Below the pieces are notes generated by a model. It ran no database searches. It saw nothing but the letters and a program-made list of their open reading frames with translations, and was not told the origin of the DNA. Below, one piece after another: positions 24,630 through 40,369 of a DNA stretch of 64,000 nt (the stretch's first letter is position 1; each line of letters starts with the position of its first letter). Position numbers and translations under genes: made by a program. This DNA is from Octopus vulgaris. Taxonomy: Eukaryota. Where the stretch lies: contig OX597817.1 in the NCBI GenBank assembly GCA_951406725.2, forward strand, positions 138,756,001 to 138,820,000, written 5' to 3'.

Positions 24630-26112
24630 TGTGTGTGTGTGTGTGTATACTGTTTTATTTGTTTGTCATTTGGCTGCTGCTAGAAACATGCAATGTATAT
24701 ACACTGACAGGGGAGATAACCGCCCTATGAGCGTCTCTAAGATCACTAGACTAGGCTAGTTTCACCACTCAGTCGTAAGTTCTTCAGCTGTTTATATTAG
24801 TTTTAATATACGCATTAATATTTCGTATAGTGTCTCGGATGCAGTTAGCAGTCCCGCTACGCATGCAAGACTCCAGAAGTTTCGGAATTTTTATTCAAGA
24901 TTAAATCCTAAGCAAAAAGGATATCTTTTGTTTTTATCGTACATGAATCACAATGACTTTTTTAAAACTTGGCCTCTATTGATATCTTCCATTTGATGTC
25001 ATAGCAGATATTTCTATACTTCAGAGTCCAGATATCTGTTGAAAGTAGTGTCAACTTCTTTCTAGCAGGATTTCAATATGAATGACTGTGTATATGATAA
25101 CGAATTTTATATCTACTTGCAGTTAAACCTATATAACTCTTACTAGCAGTGTAAATGTTATATGTGCATTTCTAAAAGACAGACTTCTAAAGAACTATTG
25201 TTCCTATCAACCCAGTTACAATTTGCATAAAAGCTACCGCCAACACAATTATTGCTATTATTGCTACTGCTTCTAAATTTATCTACATTCGAAGAAGTGT
25301 TATTTTATATAAGGTTGCGGAATGAGATAATTTAACAGCATTCATGTTAAAGGTCTTATAATGTCTATACTACCCTATTAAAGATTTATAATTCTTCTGT
25401 TATCCCGTTAAAGATCCTACAATAACTATGTTGTTCCGGAAAATGTTTCTTGAGTAATGTAAAAGTTTTTTGGTTATTAGGGTTGTCATTTCCAGATTGA
25501 ATGGTGTATTAAACCAAATAATATTTCTATGCGTATTTTCCTATCCCAAAATTGCAATTAATACAAGACAACGCCTTTCTATTTAAGTACAAATCATTCG
25601 AGTTTGTTGTCGATAGATTCGTGTCGCATGTAACAGATAAAGACTTTTGAAAACGCCAATCAGGTCCTTTCTTTATCTGTCGCAGCAGTATTGCAAATTC
25701 AGTAAGATCGGTGACCTCAGTCGCTCGTAGCCATGTTCATGTCAAAAGGAGTATTTTGGGATATTATTTATCCAAATAAAATTAATGAAATTTGATAACT
25801 TTTTTAGCATGGATAATCATACCACGCACGAAATTACTAATCTCCGTTATTGTTTTAATAAAATTAATATCCCTAGGTAAGAGTGATAATGAGATGGAAA
25901 TATAATAACTATTTTTATCAAATTGAATAAATTTTGTACATATCTTATTAGGGATACCTTTAAATAAATTCATCCTTGAAAAAGAATTATTCCTTATTTT
26001 TGAAAGGGTGGCTTTTATTAGTGGATTTGATAGTTTTGATAAGCGTAAGTTCTCGAAATGCACCATACGGGGGAGGGGGTTATATGGAGCGTTTTTACAT
26101 ATTTCAGATTCT

Positions 26113-26333
26113 TTTATTTTATTTGTTTGTCATCTGACTGCAGCCATGCTGGAGCACCGCTTTTTTAGTCGATCAAGTCGACCCCAGGATTTATTCTTTG
26201 TAAGCCTAGTACTTATTCTAACGATCTGATTTGCCGAACAGTCAAGTGCCGGGGACATAAACACACCAACATCGGTTGTCAAGTCATGGTGGGGGAACAA
26301 ACTCAGACACACACACACACACACACACACACA

Positions 26334-26386
<53 letters not shown>

Positions 26387-26555
26387 CACAGGACGGACTT
26401 CTTTCAGTTTCCGTCTACCAAATCCACTCACAAGGCTTTGCTCGGCCCGAAGCTATAGTAGAAGACACTTGCCCAAGGTGCTACGTAGTGGGACTGAACC
26501 CGGAACCATATGGTAGGCAAGCAAGCTACTTACCACACAGCCACTCCTGCGCCTA
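26113..26555 (-). mobile_element. Family A SINE
   Basis: Full-length homology to 35640-36056. Confidence 0.9.
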
Positions 26556-27827
26556 AATTTCTCAACTACTTTTCTCAGCGTGTTGCAGTTTGACGAAATA
26601 GTCGGCTCGCCGCCGCATCTTCATAATACAAGTATCAGGAAGGCTCTTCTGTTTGGAATCATAGTAATCTTAACTAAAATAGTCAGGAATTGCTTTTGTC
26701 TCTTGTCAAAGAGTGCTCGACCGAAAGAGAATAAATTCGAAAACTTTTGAATCGAAGATCAAAGAGTCATGAAATATAAAGATGACACAATACAATTTTT
26801 AATATATTGTAAATATTTTTTATTTTATCGAGTCGATATATCGATGAAACGATTCTTTCGTTACCTCGCAGATAACGATTCTAAAACAGAATATTTTGGA
26901 TCTGTAAAGCACAGGAGAATAATATCAGAATATTTTTGTGAAATCTCAATGTTTAGAACATGGTTCATTGAGATCAAATTATTTCTCTACGATATGTGCG
27001 AGGTCAAAGAATTTAGAGGCACTCAGAATAATCAAATGACGTCATTCCATGTTAATTAAAACACATCTACGTCAGAAACTACATTGTAATCAATTTTTAA
27101 TCTGCACACTTACAAATTATACCAAACTATATCCATAATTACATAATCATATGATAATATATGAATGTGTAATTTCACAGACACATAAAACTAGAAAATC
27201 GTGTGTAATAAAGTTAGTAAAGATAATGCCACGTCAAAGTTTGTGGTCATGGTAATGTTTATGGTGATTGGTTTCTTCCGAGGAAGTGTATGTGATATTC
27301 TAGTCTAGTTTTTCGTTTAAATTTATTCTAATTTGAGAAGCAAATAATTTGTGAAATCTTTGCAATAAAAGAAGGTTCGGTCTATACACACTAATTGTCT
27401 CACTCACTCTCTCTTTCATTCACACTTTCCATCATTCTCTCTCTGTTTCTATCTCTCTCTCTCTGCGTTTCTCTTTTTCCGCTCTCTCTCTCTCTCTGTC
27501 GATGTAAACATATGGATAAATAATTAATTACTGAATTAATTATATAGAACAAGTCGTTAGTTAGTAAATTAGGTGAGAATGGTTTATAATTCATTGGAAC
27601 ACTTGTGAAATAGAAGCAGGTTGTAAAAGTTACATATGTCCGTCTATTCCAAACAGCAAAGGATTGTACATGTTGCCCACACGTAATCTAGTCAAACGAA
27701 TACACATTTATGGAGGAGTATATAGGTGGACGTTCGTAGACTGATATTCATGAAGTCTCACGTGCGTATAAATATACATACATACATATATTTATTAAGT
27801 AATAGAACGCAACATGCACCGTGTAAC

Positions 27828-27877
<50 letters not shown>

Positions 27878-28558
27878 ATTCTTTCCCCATTTCTTTCTCT
27901 CACCCTCTTATTTCTAATTTAGCCTTTCCACTTTCTCCTTTTCACGCTCTCCCTCTTGTTTTCCTAACCTTTCTCTTTTTCTCCCGTCATCCTTTTTTTA
28001 TCTCTGTCGCTCCCTCTTCCTTGTCTTTCTCCTCTGCGTGCTGATGTCACATGACCTGCGGCTAGCTTTCCCCTTTTCTCACACTGGTCACGCAGCTGAC
28101 CAGTTGCAAATTCTCTGCTTCCCCGGTTGCTATCCTTTAGGATATCTTCTAAGTGTTACCCTCCATTCTTGCTCTCTTGGCCCTAAGGCCGTATTTTGCT
28201 CATCTGTTCGTCCTTGTCAACTGTCCCAAATCACACTCTGCGTTGTTTTCATTTGTTTTGTTTGCTCTCGGCCCTGATTTCTCCGCCCCCTCCCAATTTT
28301 TCGCGGGCAACAACAAAATGGCAAGTCCTTAATCTTACCATTAATGATGCGAAGCTGAGTAAATGATTTCTCTCAGAGGAATTCCTCAATGAGACCTTTG
28401 TGTTAGAAAATCCAAGTGCGTAGACAAATTTTGATATATGTATATGAAAATGAACATCTGTGTATATATAAATACACACACATTCTCTTTCTCTCACTTT
28501 CTGTACGTATACCTGTACATTTACGCGCACGCACACACAATCACACACACACACATAC

Positions 28559-28651
<93 letters not shown>

Positions 28652-28727
28652 AATATGTGACCGCGTGTGTATCGTTGGCGATTTTCTTTCTCCGTCATCC
28701 CTTCCTTGGATCTTTTCTTTTTCCTAT

Positions 28728-28762
28728 GTTTCTGACGAAGAGCTCCGCTCGAAACGTTAAAT
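28728..28762 (+). ncRNA. Minimal type I hammerhead motif in a short Penelope-like relic (about 28655-28866)
   Basis: GUUU-CUGACGA-A-GAGC(ucc)GCUC-GAAA-CG-UU-AAAU; downstream TTCCTGAGCG block shared with 21761 and 45546; degenerate copy at 60692-60724 (-). Confidence 0.7.
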
Positions 28763-29090
28763 CCTCCTTCTTGTTTTCCTTTCCTGAGCGTCCAATAACA
28801 CTATACTTCTTCCACGTCCTTGCGTTGTTGTGTTTTCCCTTTCTATTTTCATGTTTGCATTAACTATATATATATATATATATATATATTGCTCGAAATG
28901 AAGAGTAGAAGGACAGCCGACAATTGATGAAGGATCGTTCTTCATGTTACTTGTCTTGTTTTCCGTGCGTTTCTCTCATTGTTCGCATACCCAGGTTTGT
29001 CTTCCTATTTCATGTTGTTTACGTTTTGTGACGTCCTGAACCCATATATGCATATATATGTGTGCGTGTGTACATATATATGTATATATG

Positions 29091-29158
<68 letters not shown>

Positions 29159-29330
29159 TATATACGCACACAGAGAAAAAAGGAGGTTATGTGGATTTGG
29201 ATAAAATGTTTAGCGCGCTTTCGTCCCTTTCAGGGATACACCATGAATTTGTTTATTGGAGTTTTGTCTAAAACCCAAGAAAACAAATTGATCTCCAGAT
29301 TTTTATTCAGATTTTATTCAACCAACTGAC

Positions 29331-29830
<500 letters not shown>

Positions 29831-30483
29831 AGAGAGAGAAAAGATATATATATATATATAAATATATATATGAAAGGTATGAATTTTCTATAAGAAATTA
29901 TTCATGATGAATCTCTAAAAGAAAAGTAGCGAAAGGTTAGATAAATACTTTTTATCCAAAATTCTGACTACCTCTTTTTTTTTTTTGATATATAAAATCT
30001 GTACACCACTTCAAACAATATATATATATATTAGAGGGAAACGATGTTAATTAAATTAATATCTAATTTCTCATCCTCATTTTAAATTTATATATATATA
30101 TATATATATATATGGATGGATGGGCAGATGGAAAGGAGAAGAGAGAGAGAGAATGAGAGAGGGAAGGGGAAGAGATCTGCATCGGTTTCGATAATGAGGA
30201 TTCAGCTGTTCCATCAGTTAAATTTAATTTGTTTGCAATTCACAGTCACATGTATCTCTAAGGAATTTCACAGGAAGGACTAATGTAACACAGCGTGTGA
30301 CAGCGGTGTAACCGCTTCAGTTTCAGGCATAACCCATCGCACGTGTTTCAGTATAAACTCCTTAAATTTAATCTCATTCATAACGTATGAGTCGACCAGG
30401 AAATAGGAAATGACATCTTTTTCAACAGAGGACTTAAATCCGAGACCTTTATGGGGCGATGGGGCTCATTCTGTACATGTGTG

Positions 30484-30525
<42 letters not shown>

Positions 30526-30574
30526 TGTGTGTGTGTGGTGTGCGGGTGGGGGTGTATGTATGTCTATATGCATG

Positions 30575-30890
30575 CATAAAGACCATGAATGACCATGGGA
30601 TTGCACCTCGAAAGTTCCCCTCCAAGGCACAAATCCAGGCAAGGGGTTGTTTATGGAAGACCAGCAGTCGCCCGTGCATACCAGCCTCCCTTCTCCATGT
30701 CACCGATGTTCTTCAACGGAAAGGAAAAGGGGCCAATACAGCTTGGCACCTGTGACGTCACAACTCAGCTTGGTAATAGTGACGTCACAACTCATTTCTA
30801 CCGCTGAGTGAACTGGAGCAACATGAAATAAAGTGCCTTGCTCAAGAACACAACTCACAGCCCGGTCCGGGAATCGAACTCACATACTCT
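30575..30890 (-). mobile_element. CORE-like SINE related to family D, with a different 3' half
   Basis: GAGTTCGATTCCCGGACCGG...GTTCTTGAGCAAGGCACTTTATTTCATGTTGCTCCAGTTCACTCAGC. Confidence 0.75.
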
Positions 30891-30990
30891 CAACTGTAAA
30901 TCCCTTCACATACACACATACACACTCGCACGCAAGTACACACACACACACACACAGGCATACACACACATATATTAATGTATGTATATA

Positions 30991-31042
<52 letters not shown>

Positions 31043-31080
31043 CATATATATATATATATACATGTGTGTGTGTGTATTTG

Positions 31081-31115
<35 letters not shown>

Positions 31116-31221
31116 TGATGATGTAATCATTAAAACGATTATATCACTGGCTAGCGTATAAAAAATGACCGTATCGGTAAAATTAATTCTTAAGTATATA
31201 ATTATAAAAATATTTTAATTA

Positions 31222-31288
<67 letters not shown>

Positions 31289-31618
31289 GAGAATATAATT
31301 CCAAAACTTATAGGGAAAAATTCAGTTTAACAATTTAAAATCAAATTTCACAATATATAATATATGTATAGAATTTAGAGAAAACCTCTATTAAAACAAT
31401 TCAATAAAGAAAGATATTATTCACACCATATAGAAAACATACACTATAAAGAAACCTTATTTTAAATCAATAAAGTATAGTAAATAGTAAATAGTAGTAC
31501 ATTTGCTACTATTTACTATTTTTTTTTATAGTATATGTTTTCTATAAGATGTGAATAACATCTTTCTTTATTGACTTGTTTAATATACGTTTTATCTCTA
31601 AATTATATACATAATATA

Positions 31619-31671
<53 letters not shown>

Positions 31672-31879
31672 GAGAGAACAAAGTGTACGTACGTCGCTAT
31701 ATATATATAATAATAAAATACAAAATGGGACAAGAATGCAAAACATCAGGACAACTAGGTGATACAAAAAGGACAACAAAACATCCAGATAAACGATACA
31801 AAAAAACACGGACGGGTCATTCGAAGCCTTTTATCTCCGGTCAAGAGCCGGAATCATCCTTAATCAACCGAAATTGCGA

Positions 31880-32170
31880 GATTACGGAGACGTAGACACG
31901 TTAACACCGGTTACCAAAGGGTGGTGGAGGACAAACACAAACGCACATAGAGAGACAGAGACAGACACGGAGAAAGAGAGAGAGAGAGAGAGAAAGAGAG
32001 AGATGCGACGAGCTTCTTTCAGTTTCCGTCTACCAAATCTACTCACGAAGCTTTGGTCAGCCTGAGGCTATAGTAGAAGACACTTACCCAAGGTGCCACT
32101 AAGTGGGACTGAACCTGGAACCATGTGGTTGGGTAACAAGCTTCTTACCACACAGCCACTCCAGCGCCTA
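31880..32170 (-). mobile_element. Family A SINE, 3'-truncated
   Basis: Head and mid-body homology; internal repeat here is (AG)n. Confidence 0.85.
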
Positions 32171-32749
32171 TATGAATATAAAGACTAAGTTTACTGTCCG
32201 ATTCATGGTTGATTATAACTGAAAAATTTAAATGTGAAACAATTAAAGTACACACACACACACACACACACAGATGATTCACAATCAAAGGTACAGAAAC
32301 GACGTACTCCGAGGGAATTTCAAGGTTGCGCAATCCAAGTGTAGAGGAAGAAAATCCATGGATCGGGTACTCTAAATCAATCGGAAAGACGTAGAGCGTC
32401 CGTGTGCGGTAAATAGTCGAATATCGAATATCGAAAATAACAAACGAACGAGAGGGCGTTCACATTGAACGTATCAATTCGATACTCGGTAAATCCTCAT
32501 TTTTTTCCCGCTTTTACGGAGCGGTGCACGTCCTCTTGTTTTCTAGTAGTTATTTGGGAAATATTTGGTTATCTCACCCCCATTAAAAAATTGCCATTAA
32601 AAAACTGGGTTATCTTCACACTAAAAAATCGAGTTTACGTGGGGACAAGAGATTAGGATTAAAAGAGATCCTTTTGATTCAATGCTTCAACACAGTGTTG
32701 ACCTTTGGCCACCTCAATAGGCAGGGTATGCTTTGTTATGAAAATATTT

Positions 32750-32952
32750 CAAGGGGCTAAACACAGAGGGGACAAACAAACGGATTAAATGGATTACATC
32801 GACCCCAGTGCGTAACTGGTACTTAATTTATCGACCCCGAAAGGATGAAAGGCAAAGTCGACCTCGGCGGAATTTGAACCCAGAACATAACGACAGACGA
32901 AATACGGCTACGCATTTCGCCCGGCGTGCTAAAGTTTCTGCCAGCTCGCCTG
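32750..32952 (-). mobile_element. Family B SINE with tail type 1
   Basis: Same head and core as 5688-5905 but tail TTTGTCCCCTCTGTGTTTAGCCCCTTG; other type-1 copies at 53965-54192 and 60143-60555. Confidence 0.9.
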
Positions 32953-33552
32953 TTATGAAAATGTTATCAGATTCGAATCGATGTTTCATCTTTTCCCTTT
33001 TTATGTTTATTAATTTTTTGCATTAATTTTTTTTTTTTTTTTTTGTGAGTTAAACAATTTCTTTAGCTGAAGGAGATGACCAAAAGTACCGCATTATCTC
33101 GTAAAACGGGGTGGGGAGAGATAACCTATTATTTTTTAAATGGGGGTGATATGACCAAAAAGTACCTGTTATTTTTAGTGTTCAGTTATTCCATTTGGCT
33201 ATAGGTATTATATGTGTGTGTGTAGGGGGGTGTTTTCAGTTTTACCCTGATCTGCGTAACCGTGTAGTAATTTTGGGAAAATATAATTTTTAACTGAAAA
33301 ATTGAAACAAATGTTTTTAATTGTAATAACCAAAAAAAAAAAAATAGCTGCTAAGACTTCAGTCTCTGCACTCCTTGCATCGTCCACCCCATTCCAAGCA
33401 AAACGCCCCCCATCCAATGGACGGTGCTGAATCATATCTACTGAATAAAAAACAATCAGTGTTTTTTTTTCATTAAAAAATAATTAAGCATGCCTTTATT
33501 TCAATAAATTTCTTTGTTTTGTTAAATGAAGTTAAGGCAAAAAAAAGAACAA

Positions 33553-33611
<59 letters not shown>

Positions 33612-34470
33612 CTCTGGCGATAACGGTTTCAAATTTGGGCACTAGGCCAGCAACTTTAGGGAGTAGTAAGTCGATTACATTGACGCACCTTCTATCCAGT
33701 ATTTGACAGGGGTTTTGCTTTATCAAAGCCGAAAGGATGAAAGGTAAAGTCGACCTCGGTGGAGTTTGAAGTCAGAACATAACGTGTCAGAAAACTAGTG
33801 GTATGTATGTATGTATGTGTGTCTGTATGTACGCGTGTGTGTATGTACGTGTGTATGTATGTATGTGTGCATGATTGTGTATGTATGTATGCGTGTGTGT
33901 ATGTATGTGTGTGTATGTATATGATTGTGTATGTATGATTGTGTGCATGTGTATGACTGTATGTTTGTGTCTATGACTGTACATGTGTATGCATGCGTGT
34001 GTGTGTACGTATGTGGGTATGAATGCGTGTATTCGTGTGTATGTATGTATGTGGGTATGATTCTGTGTATGTATATGTGTGTATGTATGTGTGTATATGT
34101 GTGTGCATGTATGTGTGTATATATATATATTACTCCTTTACACGTTTCAGTCATTTGACTGTGGCCATGCTGGAGCGCCGCCTTTAGTCTAACAAATCCA
34201 CCCCAGAACATATTCTTTGTAAGCTTAGTACTTATTCTTTCGGGGTTTTTTTTTTTTGCCGAACCGTTAAGTTTCGGCGACAAACACACCAACATCGGTT
34301 GTCAAGCGATAGCGGGGGACAAACATAGACAGACACACACACACACACACACACACACATAAATATATGTATATGTATATATACACACAATATATATATA
34401 TATGTATACACACACACACACATATATATATATTATATATATATATATATTATAAATATATATACACACG

Positions 34471-34504
<34 letters not shown>

Positions 34505-34528
34505 CATATATACATATGTAATAAACAA

Positions 34529-35067
34529 GCAAAACGCCCTCCGTCAAATGGACAGTGCTGAATCATATCTGCTGAATAAAAAGCAATCAGTGTTTTCTTT
34601 TCATTAAAAGATAATTAAGCATGCCTTTATTTCAATAATTTTTTTTGTTTTGTTAAACGAAGTTAAGGCAAAAAGAAAACTTCTTGAAAAATCAAATAGT
34701 CTTTCCTTCCTTCATGCTAAGTTTGAAGAAAATATCTCTTTTGCATCTTATTGTTTTGGTCTCTTAAATATATTGCATTCTGTGGCATTATTTCAAGCCA
34801 GCCGGCTTTTTTTGCGCAAACTGCACGTGCATTTTTCTCGCGTACGCGTAGTATCGATCGCAACATTTGATGTACTTGCGCGTACAAATGCACGTTCCCA
34901 CGGCTTTATCAACCGCGTTCTCACCTGGAATCGATTTTTGTAATTTATTTCAAGACTTATACACGCCCTGATACCGTCGGTATCTACATATCAAATTTGA
35001 GCGCAATCGGATGGAGGATGCCCGAGATCCTAGAAGACACAGACAGAACGGATTTTATATATTAGAT
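34529..35067 (-). mobile_element. Probable non-autonomous Helitron-like fragment; 34529-34682 is a direct repeat of 33397-33556
   Basis: Minus strand begins a|TCTAATATATAAAA..., similar in layout to the 5' end of the element at 55603-55996; no 3' CTAG end found. Confidence 0.5.
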
Positions 35068-35639
35068 AATACCTAATATACATATATTTCCCCTAGAAAA
35101 TATTTTTTTATTTCTCAATATGCTACTTATTTTTTGATATCAGCAGATAATGATTAAAAAATAAAGGACGTCGTTTTACGTATGCGCTTGTACGCAGTCG
35201 GAAGTACAGATGTACAAATTGAAATGCAAAAAAAAAATAGACAACAAAATAATGAATTGAAAGTTTGGTAAGGGCGTTTATTTCCACCACGTGACATTTA
35301 TGAGATCAATGTGTTGTCTATCGGAAAAGTGCTCTTTGATAGAAGTAAATGCCGATGAAATCATTTCAAACTGTCCTGATTTCCCTTATCAAAACAGCTA
35401 GAACTTGTGCAACAATCTGACATATAAGTTATTGTCACCCGGAAAGAGGTTTTTTTTATACTCAAGAAAGAGAATGTATTTGATAGAAACTGCTGAAATA
35501 CATATGTAATTCATATGAGTAGCAAATTGAGGAGGATGGTATTCACTGTACTTGGATCTTGTTAGTTGGAGTCACAAAATCAGCGCCCTTTTAAAATGAC
35601 GTAAAAAATCTGAAAATTTGTTATATTAAATAAACATAT

Positions 35640-35811
35640 AGGCGCAGGAGTGGCCGTGTGGTAAGTAGCTTGCTAACCAACCACATGGTTCTGGGTTCAG
35701 TCCCACTGCGTGGCTTCTTGGGCAAGTGTCTTCTGCTATAGCCCCGGGCCGACCAATGCCTTGTGAGTGGATTTGGTAGACGGAAACTGAAAGAAGCCTG
35801 TCGTATATATG

Positions 35812-35842
<31 letters not shown>

Positions 35843-36056
35843 GTTTGTGTGTTTGTGATTGTCCCCCTAGCATTGCTTGACAACCGATGCTGGTGTGTTT
35901 ACGTCCCCGTCACTTAGCGGTTCGGCAAAAAGAGACCGATAGAATAAGTACTGGGCTTACAAAGAATAAGTCTCGAGGTCGATTTGCTCGACTAAAGGCG
36001 GTGCTCCAGCATGGCCGCAGTCAAAATGACTGAAACAAGTAAAAGAGAGTAAAGAG
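35640..36056 (+). mobile_element. Family A SINE, reference full-length copy (tRNA head, CTTGGGCAAGTG block, internal (AT)/(GT) microsatellite, LINE-like tail)
   Basis: A box GTGGCCGTGTGGTAAG, B box GGTTCAGTCCC. Additional copies or fragments at 34135-34340, 43620-43790, 44185-44545, 44885-45275, 52030-52145, 53157-53310, 53588-53740, 54235-54435, 59935-60060. Confidence 0.95.
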
Positions 36057-36730
36057 TATTCATTTCTTATTCAGGATCTCGTTTGCTCCATTCACAAAAT
36101 CTGCATTTTTTAAAAGGTAGTAAAAATCTGACAATTGATTATCTTGATGCAGTTTTCCGCGCTTATTCTTATGAATCCATGAAGTTCTGGAGAAAAAATG
36201 TGACACACACACATTTTTTTTCTTCTTTTTAATTCATGGTTTTAAAATACGGCCAGTCCGAATCTACCATTCGTTTCTCTTTATAGTTTCCAGATAATTT
36301 TTTTAAATACTTCAAAATCAAAATTGCGTAAACATTTGTGCCAGAAACAGTAGTTAAAAATTAAGGAAGTAGATTTTTGGGAGAAATCTTATTATCACTG
36401 TTTTTTATTCCATTATTCAAATATCTTCTGAAACTAAATACATATACATGCATACATGCATACAGAAGCATACAAATACACACACACACACACACATATT
36501 TTTACAGAGTTAGTTTTATATACATTCTTGTATATTTATATAAATATTTCGGTATATCTACACAACTGTACTCCAGATATTTGCTTCTTCATAACTTTGA
36601 AAAAATTAAATATTTCTTTTTTACAAATATACTTCAGATCTTGTAGATTCCGATTAAATTGGAATTCATTGTGAAAACCGTTTGTCCCTAAAGGAGTTTT
36701 AGAAAATTCACACCATTAGGCTTTGTTATG

Positions 36731-36784
<54 letters not shown>

Positions 36785-37282
36785 ATAAATAATATATAAA
36801 TATATGCATATATACATACATATATGTACATACCTACATATGTATATATACATGCATATATGGGTACAGGACATCAAAAAAAACGTTGAACACAATGAGA
36901 AGCGAAAACATAAAAACAAAAACATAGAAACGAACTTTTTTCAACAACGAAAAAAAAACAGAGTACAAGACATACAACACAAGGAATATTCCCCTTCATC
37001 AGTTGTCCCCGTTTCGTCTACTCCGCGTTTTGAAGGTAAGGACAATACACGACCTCGGTGAAACAGTCCTTCCCGCAAAGCAAATTAAATCAAATTTGGG
37101 ATTTTTTGCGGAGAGTGAAAGTGGTAACAAGAACAGGACAGTGAGAACAAAACAAGACAGTAATAATAATAAAAAAGTAAAAACAAACGATGAGGGTTGT
37201 TAAGCCAAGACGATGGAAAAAAATTATTCTGAACGCTTAAGGAGGCAGCTTATGAGAGAGACAGAATGAGCTGGTCTGGTCT

Positions 37283-37338
<56 letters not shown>

Positions 37339-37900
37339 GTGGGTGTATATGTATTGTTTTAATTACATCTTTATACACGCATATACACACCTAAAAAACT
37401 GGCACACCGTGCCACAAGTATCCAAAACTTCCTCACCACTCTTCCAACTTAAAAAGAAGGCTTTCGTCCACTTGGACACCATGTCGTACCACTGCATGGT
37501 TGTCTGTCTGTCTGCTAATATTGCTGATGGACATGCAGCATGTTACTGGCATTTCACATATAAAGTCCAGCATTATGTGAAAAAGTGTGAAAACCGTCAA
37601 TTGACTTTCGTCCATAAAAGTATTAAAAAATTATCTGGAAATTATAAAGAGAAACGAATCGTAGATTCGGACTGTCCGTATTTTAAAGCCGCACATTAAA
37701 AAAAAAATTGGGGGAGGAGTTTTTTTTCTGTTTTTTTTTTGCATAATCATATCAATTCAACCCTAAATGGTTTTCGTTATGAAATATCTTATCTTCGATA
37801 ACAATAAAAGAAATCATCACCATCATCATCATCATCATCATCGTCATCATCATTATCATCATTATCATCATCATCATCATCATCATCATCCTCATCATCA

Positions 37901-37953
<53 letters not shown>

Positions 37954-38177
37954 GTTATTATAAGGCGGCGAGTTGGCAGAATCGTTAGCACGCCGGGTGG
38001 AATGCTTAGCAGTATTTCGTCTGCCGCTACGCTGTGAGTTCAAATTCCGCCGAAGTCGACTCTGACTTTTAATCCTTTCGGGGTCGATAAATCAAGTACC
38101 AGTTGCGTGCTGGCCTCGATCTAATCGACTGGCCCCCTTCCCCAAATTTCAGTCCTTGTACCTATAGAAGAAAGGAT

Positions 38178-38216
<39 letters not shown>

Positions 38217-38254
38217 GTTATTATTATTATTATTGTTGTTGTTGTTGTTATCAT

Positions 38255-38660
38255 CATTGCCGTCGCACAGCTTCTAACGCTGGAGAAGTACTACAGTGTC
38301 AGCTGTTCACCACCAGTGAACTAAGGTAACACCTCTTACTTTTCGAGCACCTTCCAGAGTATTCGGGTGGTTCGAAGCAGTGTTGTTTTCTGCAAGTGCT
38401 CCACCCTTATTGCAGCCCCTATTTGTTCCACGTACCTCTCGAGACTTTTACTCACTGTTCCCAGGGCTCCGACAATTATTGATACTACTGCTAACTTTTT
38501 CATCAACCACAACTGCTTAACTTCCCAAGCTAACCTGTCACATCTATCGGCTTTTCTTTCTTCTTTATCGCATACCTTGTTGTCAGCTGGACATGCTATA
38601 TCTATGATCCAGCATCGTTTGTTTTCTTTCTCGATTAAGACTATGTCTGGCTTCCTATTC
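38255..38660 (-). mobile_element. 3' end of a Dong/R4-type LINE
   Basis: Minus translation PDIVLIEKENKRCWIIDIACPAD...VSIIVGALGTVSK...HLQKTTLL...; embedded in (AAT)/(AAC) repeats. Confidence 0.85.
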
Positions 38661-39141
38661 TATTATTATTATTATTGTTGTTGTTGTTATTATTATTCGA
38701 GATAGCATAAGTACCAGTTGAGCACTGGGGCTGATATAACTTACATACTCCCTCCGCCGACATTGTGGGCGTTGTACCAAAATATGAAACCATTATTATT
38801 ATTCTTTTCATTATCATCTTCATTCAACTTTGTTTCCATTTCTTGCCGAATGCCTTCCTAACACCTAGGGCAGAGAAACGCACTGTATACAGTGGTAGGC
38901 CATTAAAATAAACACACCAGGTTGTCCATTCACGAAGTCATGTGATAGAGAAAAGGGGGAAGAAAGACGGAGAGGGAAAAAGGAAAAAAAGAAAAAAGAA
39001 AAAGGTAAACAAAGAATATAAAGCGGGGAAATGGAAAGAAAATAAAAGGAAAAAGGGACAGATAATTCAGTGACAAGGCTCTTCTCAGTACGTGTGTCCA
39101 GTTATCAGTTAAGACAATCTTTTGCACTTCCTGCATGGATG

Positions 39142-39178
<37 letters not shown>

Positions 39179-39362
39179 CATTATTATTATTATTACTATT
39201 ACTATTATTTTTTCTTCTTTCAAATTTGCTTCCATTTCTTGCCGAGTGTCTTCCCGACTCCTAGGGCAAAGAAACTCATAGTATACATTGGTAGGCCATT
39301 AAACTAAACTCAATAGTTCGTTCATTTTTTTTTTAAAGTTAAATTAAAATACATGGGTAGTA

Positions 39363-39438
<76 letters not shown>

Positions 39439-39458
39439 GTTGTTGTTGTTGTTGTTGC

Positions 39459-39528
<70 letters not shown>

Positions 39529-39996
39529 GCAGCATTTCTAACTTTACGTTCTGATTTGAAATTCCGCCGAGGTGAATTGAATTCTGTCTTTAATCATTTC
39601 GGGGTCGATGAAATAAGTACCAGTTGAGTACTGGGGTCGACGTAATCGACTGGTCTACAACCCTTAAAACGGTTTTTATCATAATGTACTCCAGAAGACC
39701 CGTAATAGATCTAGGACTGCCAGACAGACAGACAGACAGGCGTTAGAAACAAAATGGAAGTAATGGGAAATATTGTAAATAGGAGATTTACAGGGGAAGA
39801 GAGAGAGAGAGAGGGGCAGGTGGAGAAGAGCGGTAACGGACAGAGGAGAAGATAAAGAAAGGGAGGGACAAAAAGAGAGAGAGAGGAGAGAGAGAATAAG
39901 TGGAGAGTGAAAAGGAAGAGGGAGAGAATAAGAAAGGGAGAGGGTGGAAAAATAAAAACAAATCGATAACAAGGGAAAGAAAGTAAACAAATATTA

Positions 39997-40099
<103 letters not shown>

Positions 40100-40175
40100 T
40101 ACACATATATATATATTTATACATATACACACATATGTATATTAATATGCACATATAAATCTATCTTACTACATA

Positions 40176-40217
<42 letters not shown>

Positions 40218-40273
40218 CGCGCATTTATATTCATGCATGTATGTATGTGTACATTTATGCATGTATGCATTTG

Positions 40274-40304
<31 letters not shown>

Positions 40305-40305
40305 A

Positions 40306-40369
<64 letters not shown>

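Noticed and set aside
35080-36720. Possible decayed DNA-transposon coding sequence around the SINE at 35640
   Set aside because: Only faint peptide resemblance; no TIRs or catalytic motifs identified.
36985-37025. CTGATGA and GAAAC on the minus strand (similar strings near 28925 and 46683)
   Set aside because: No consistent stems could be drawn; probably decayed Penelope-type termini, not called as ribozymes.
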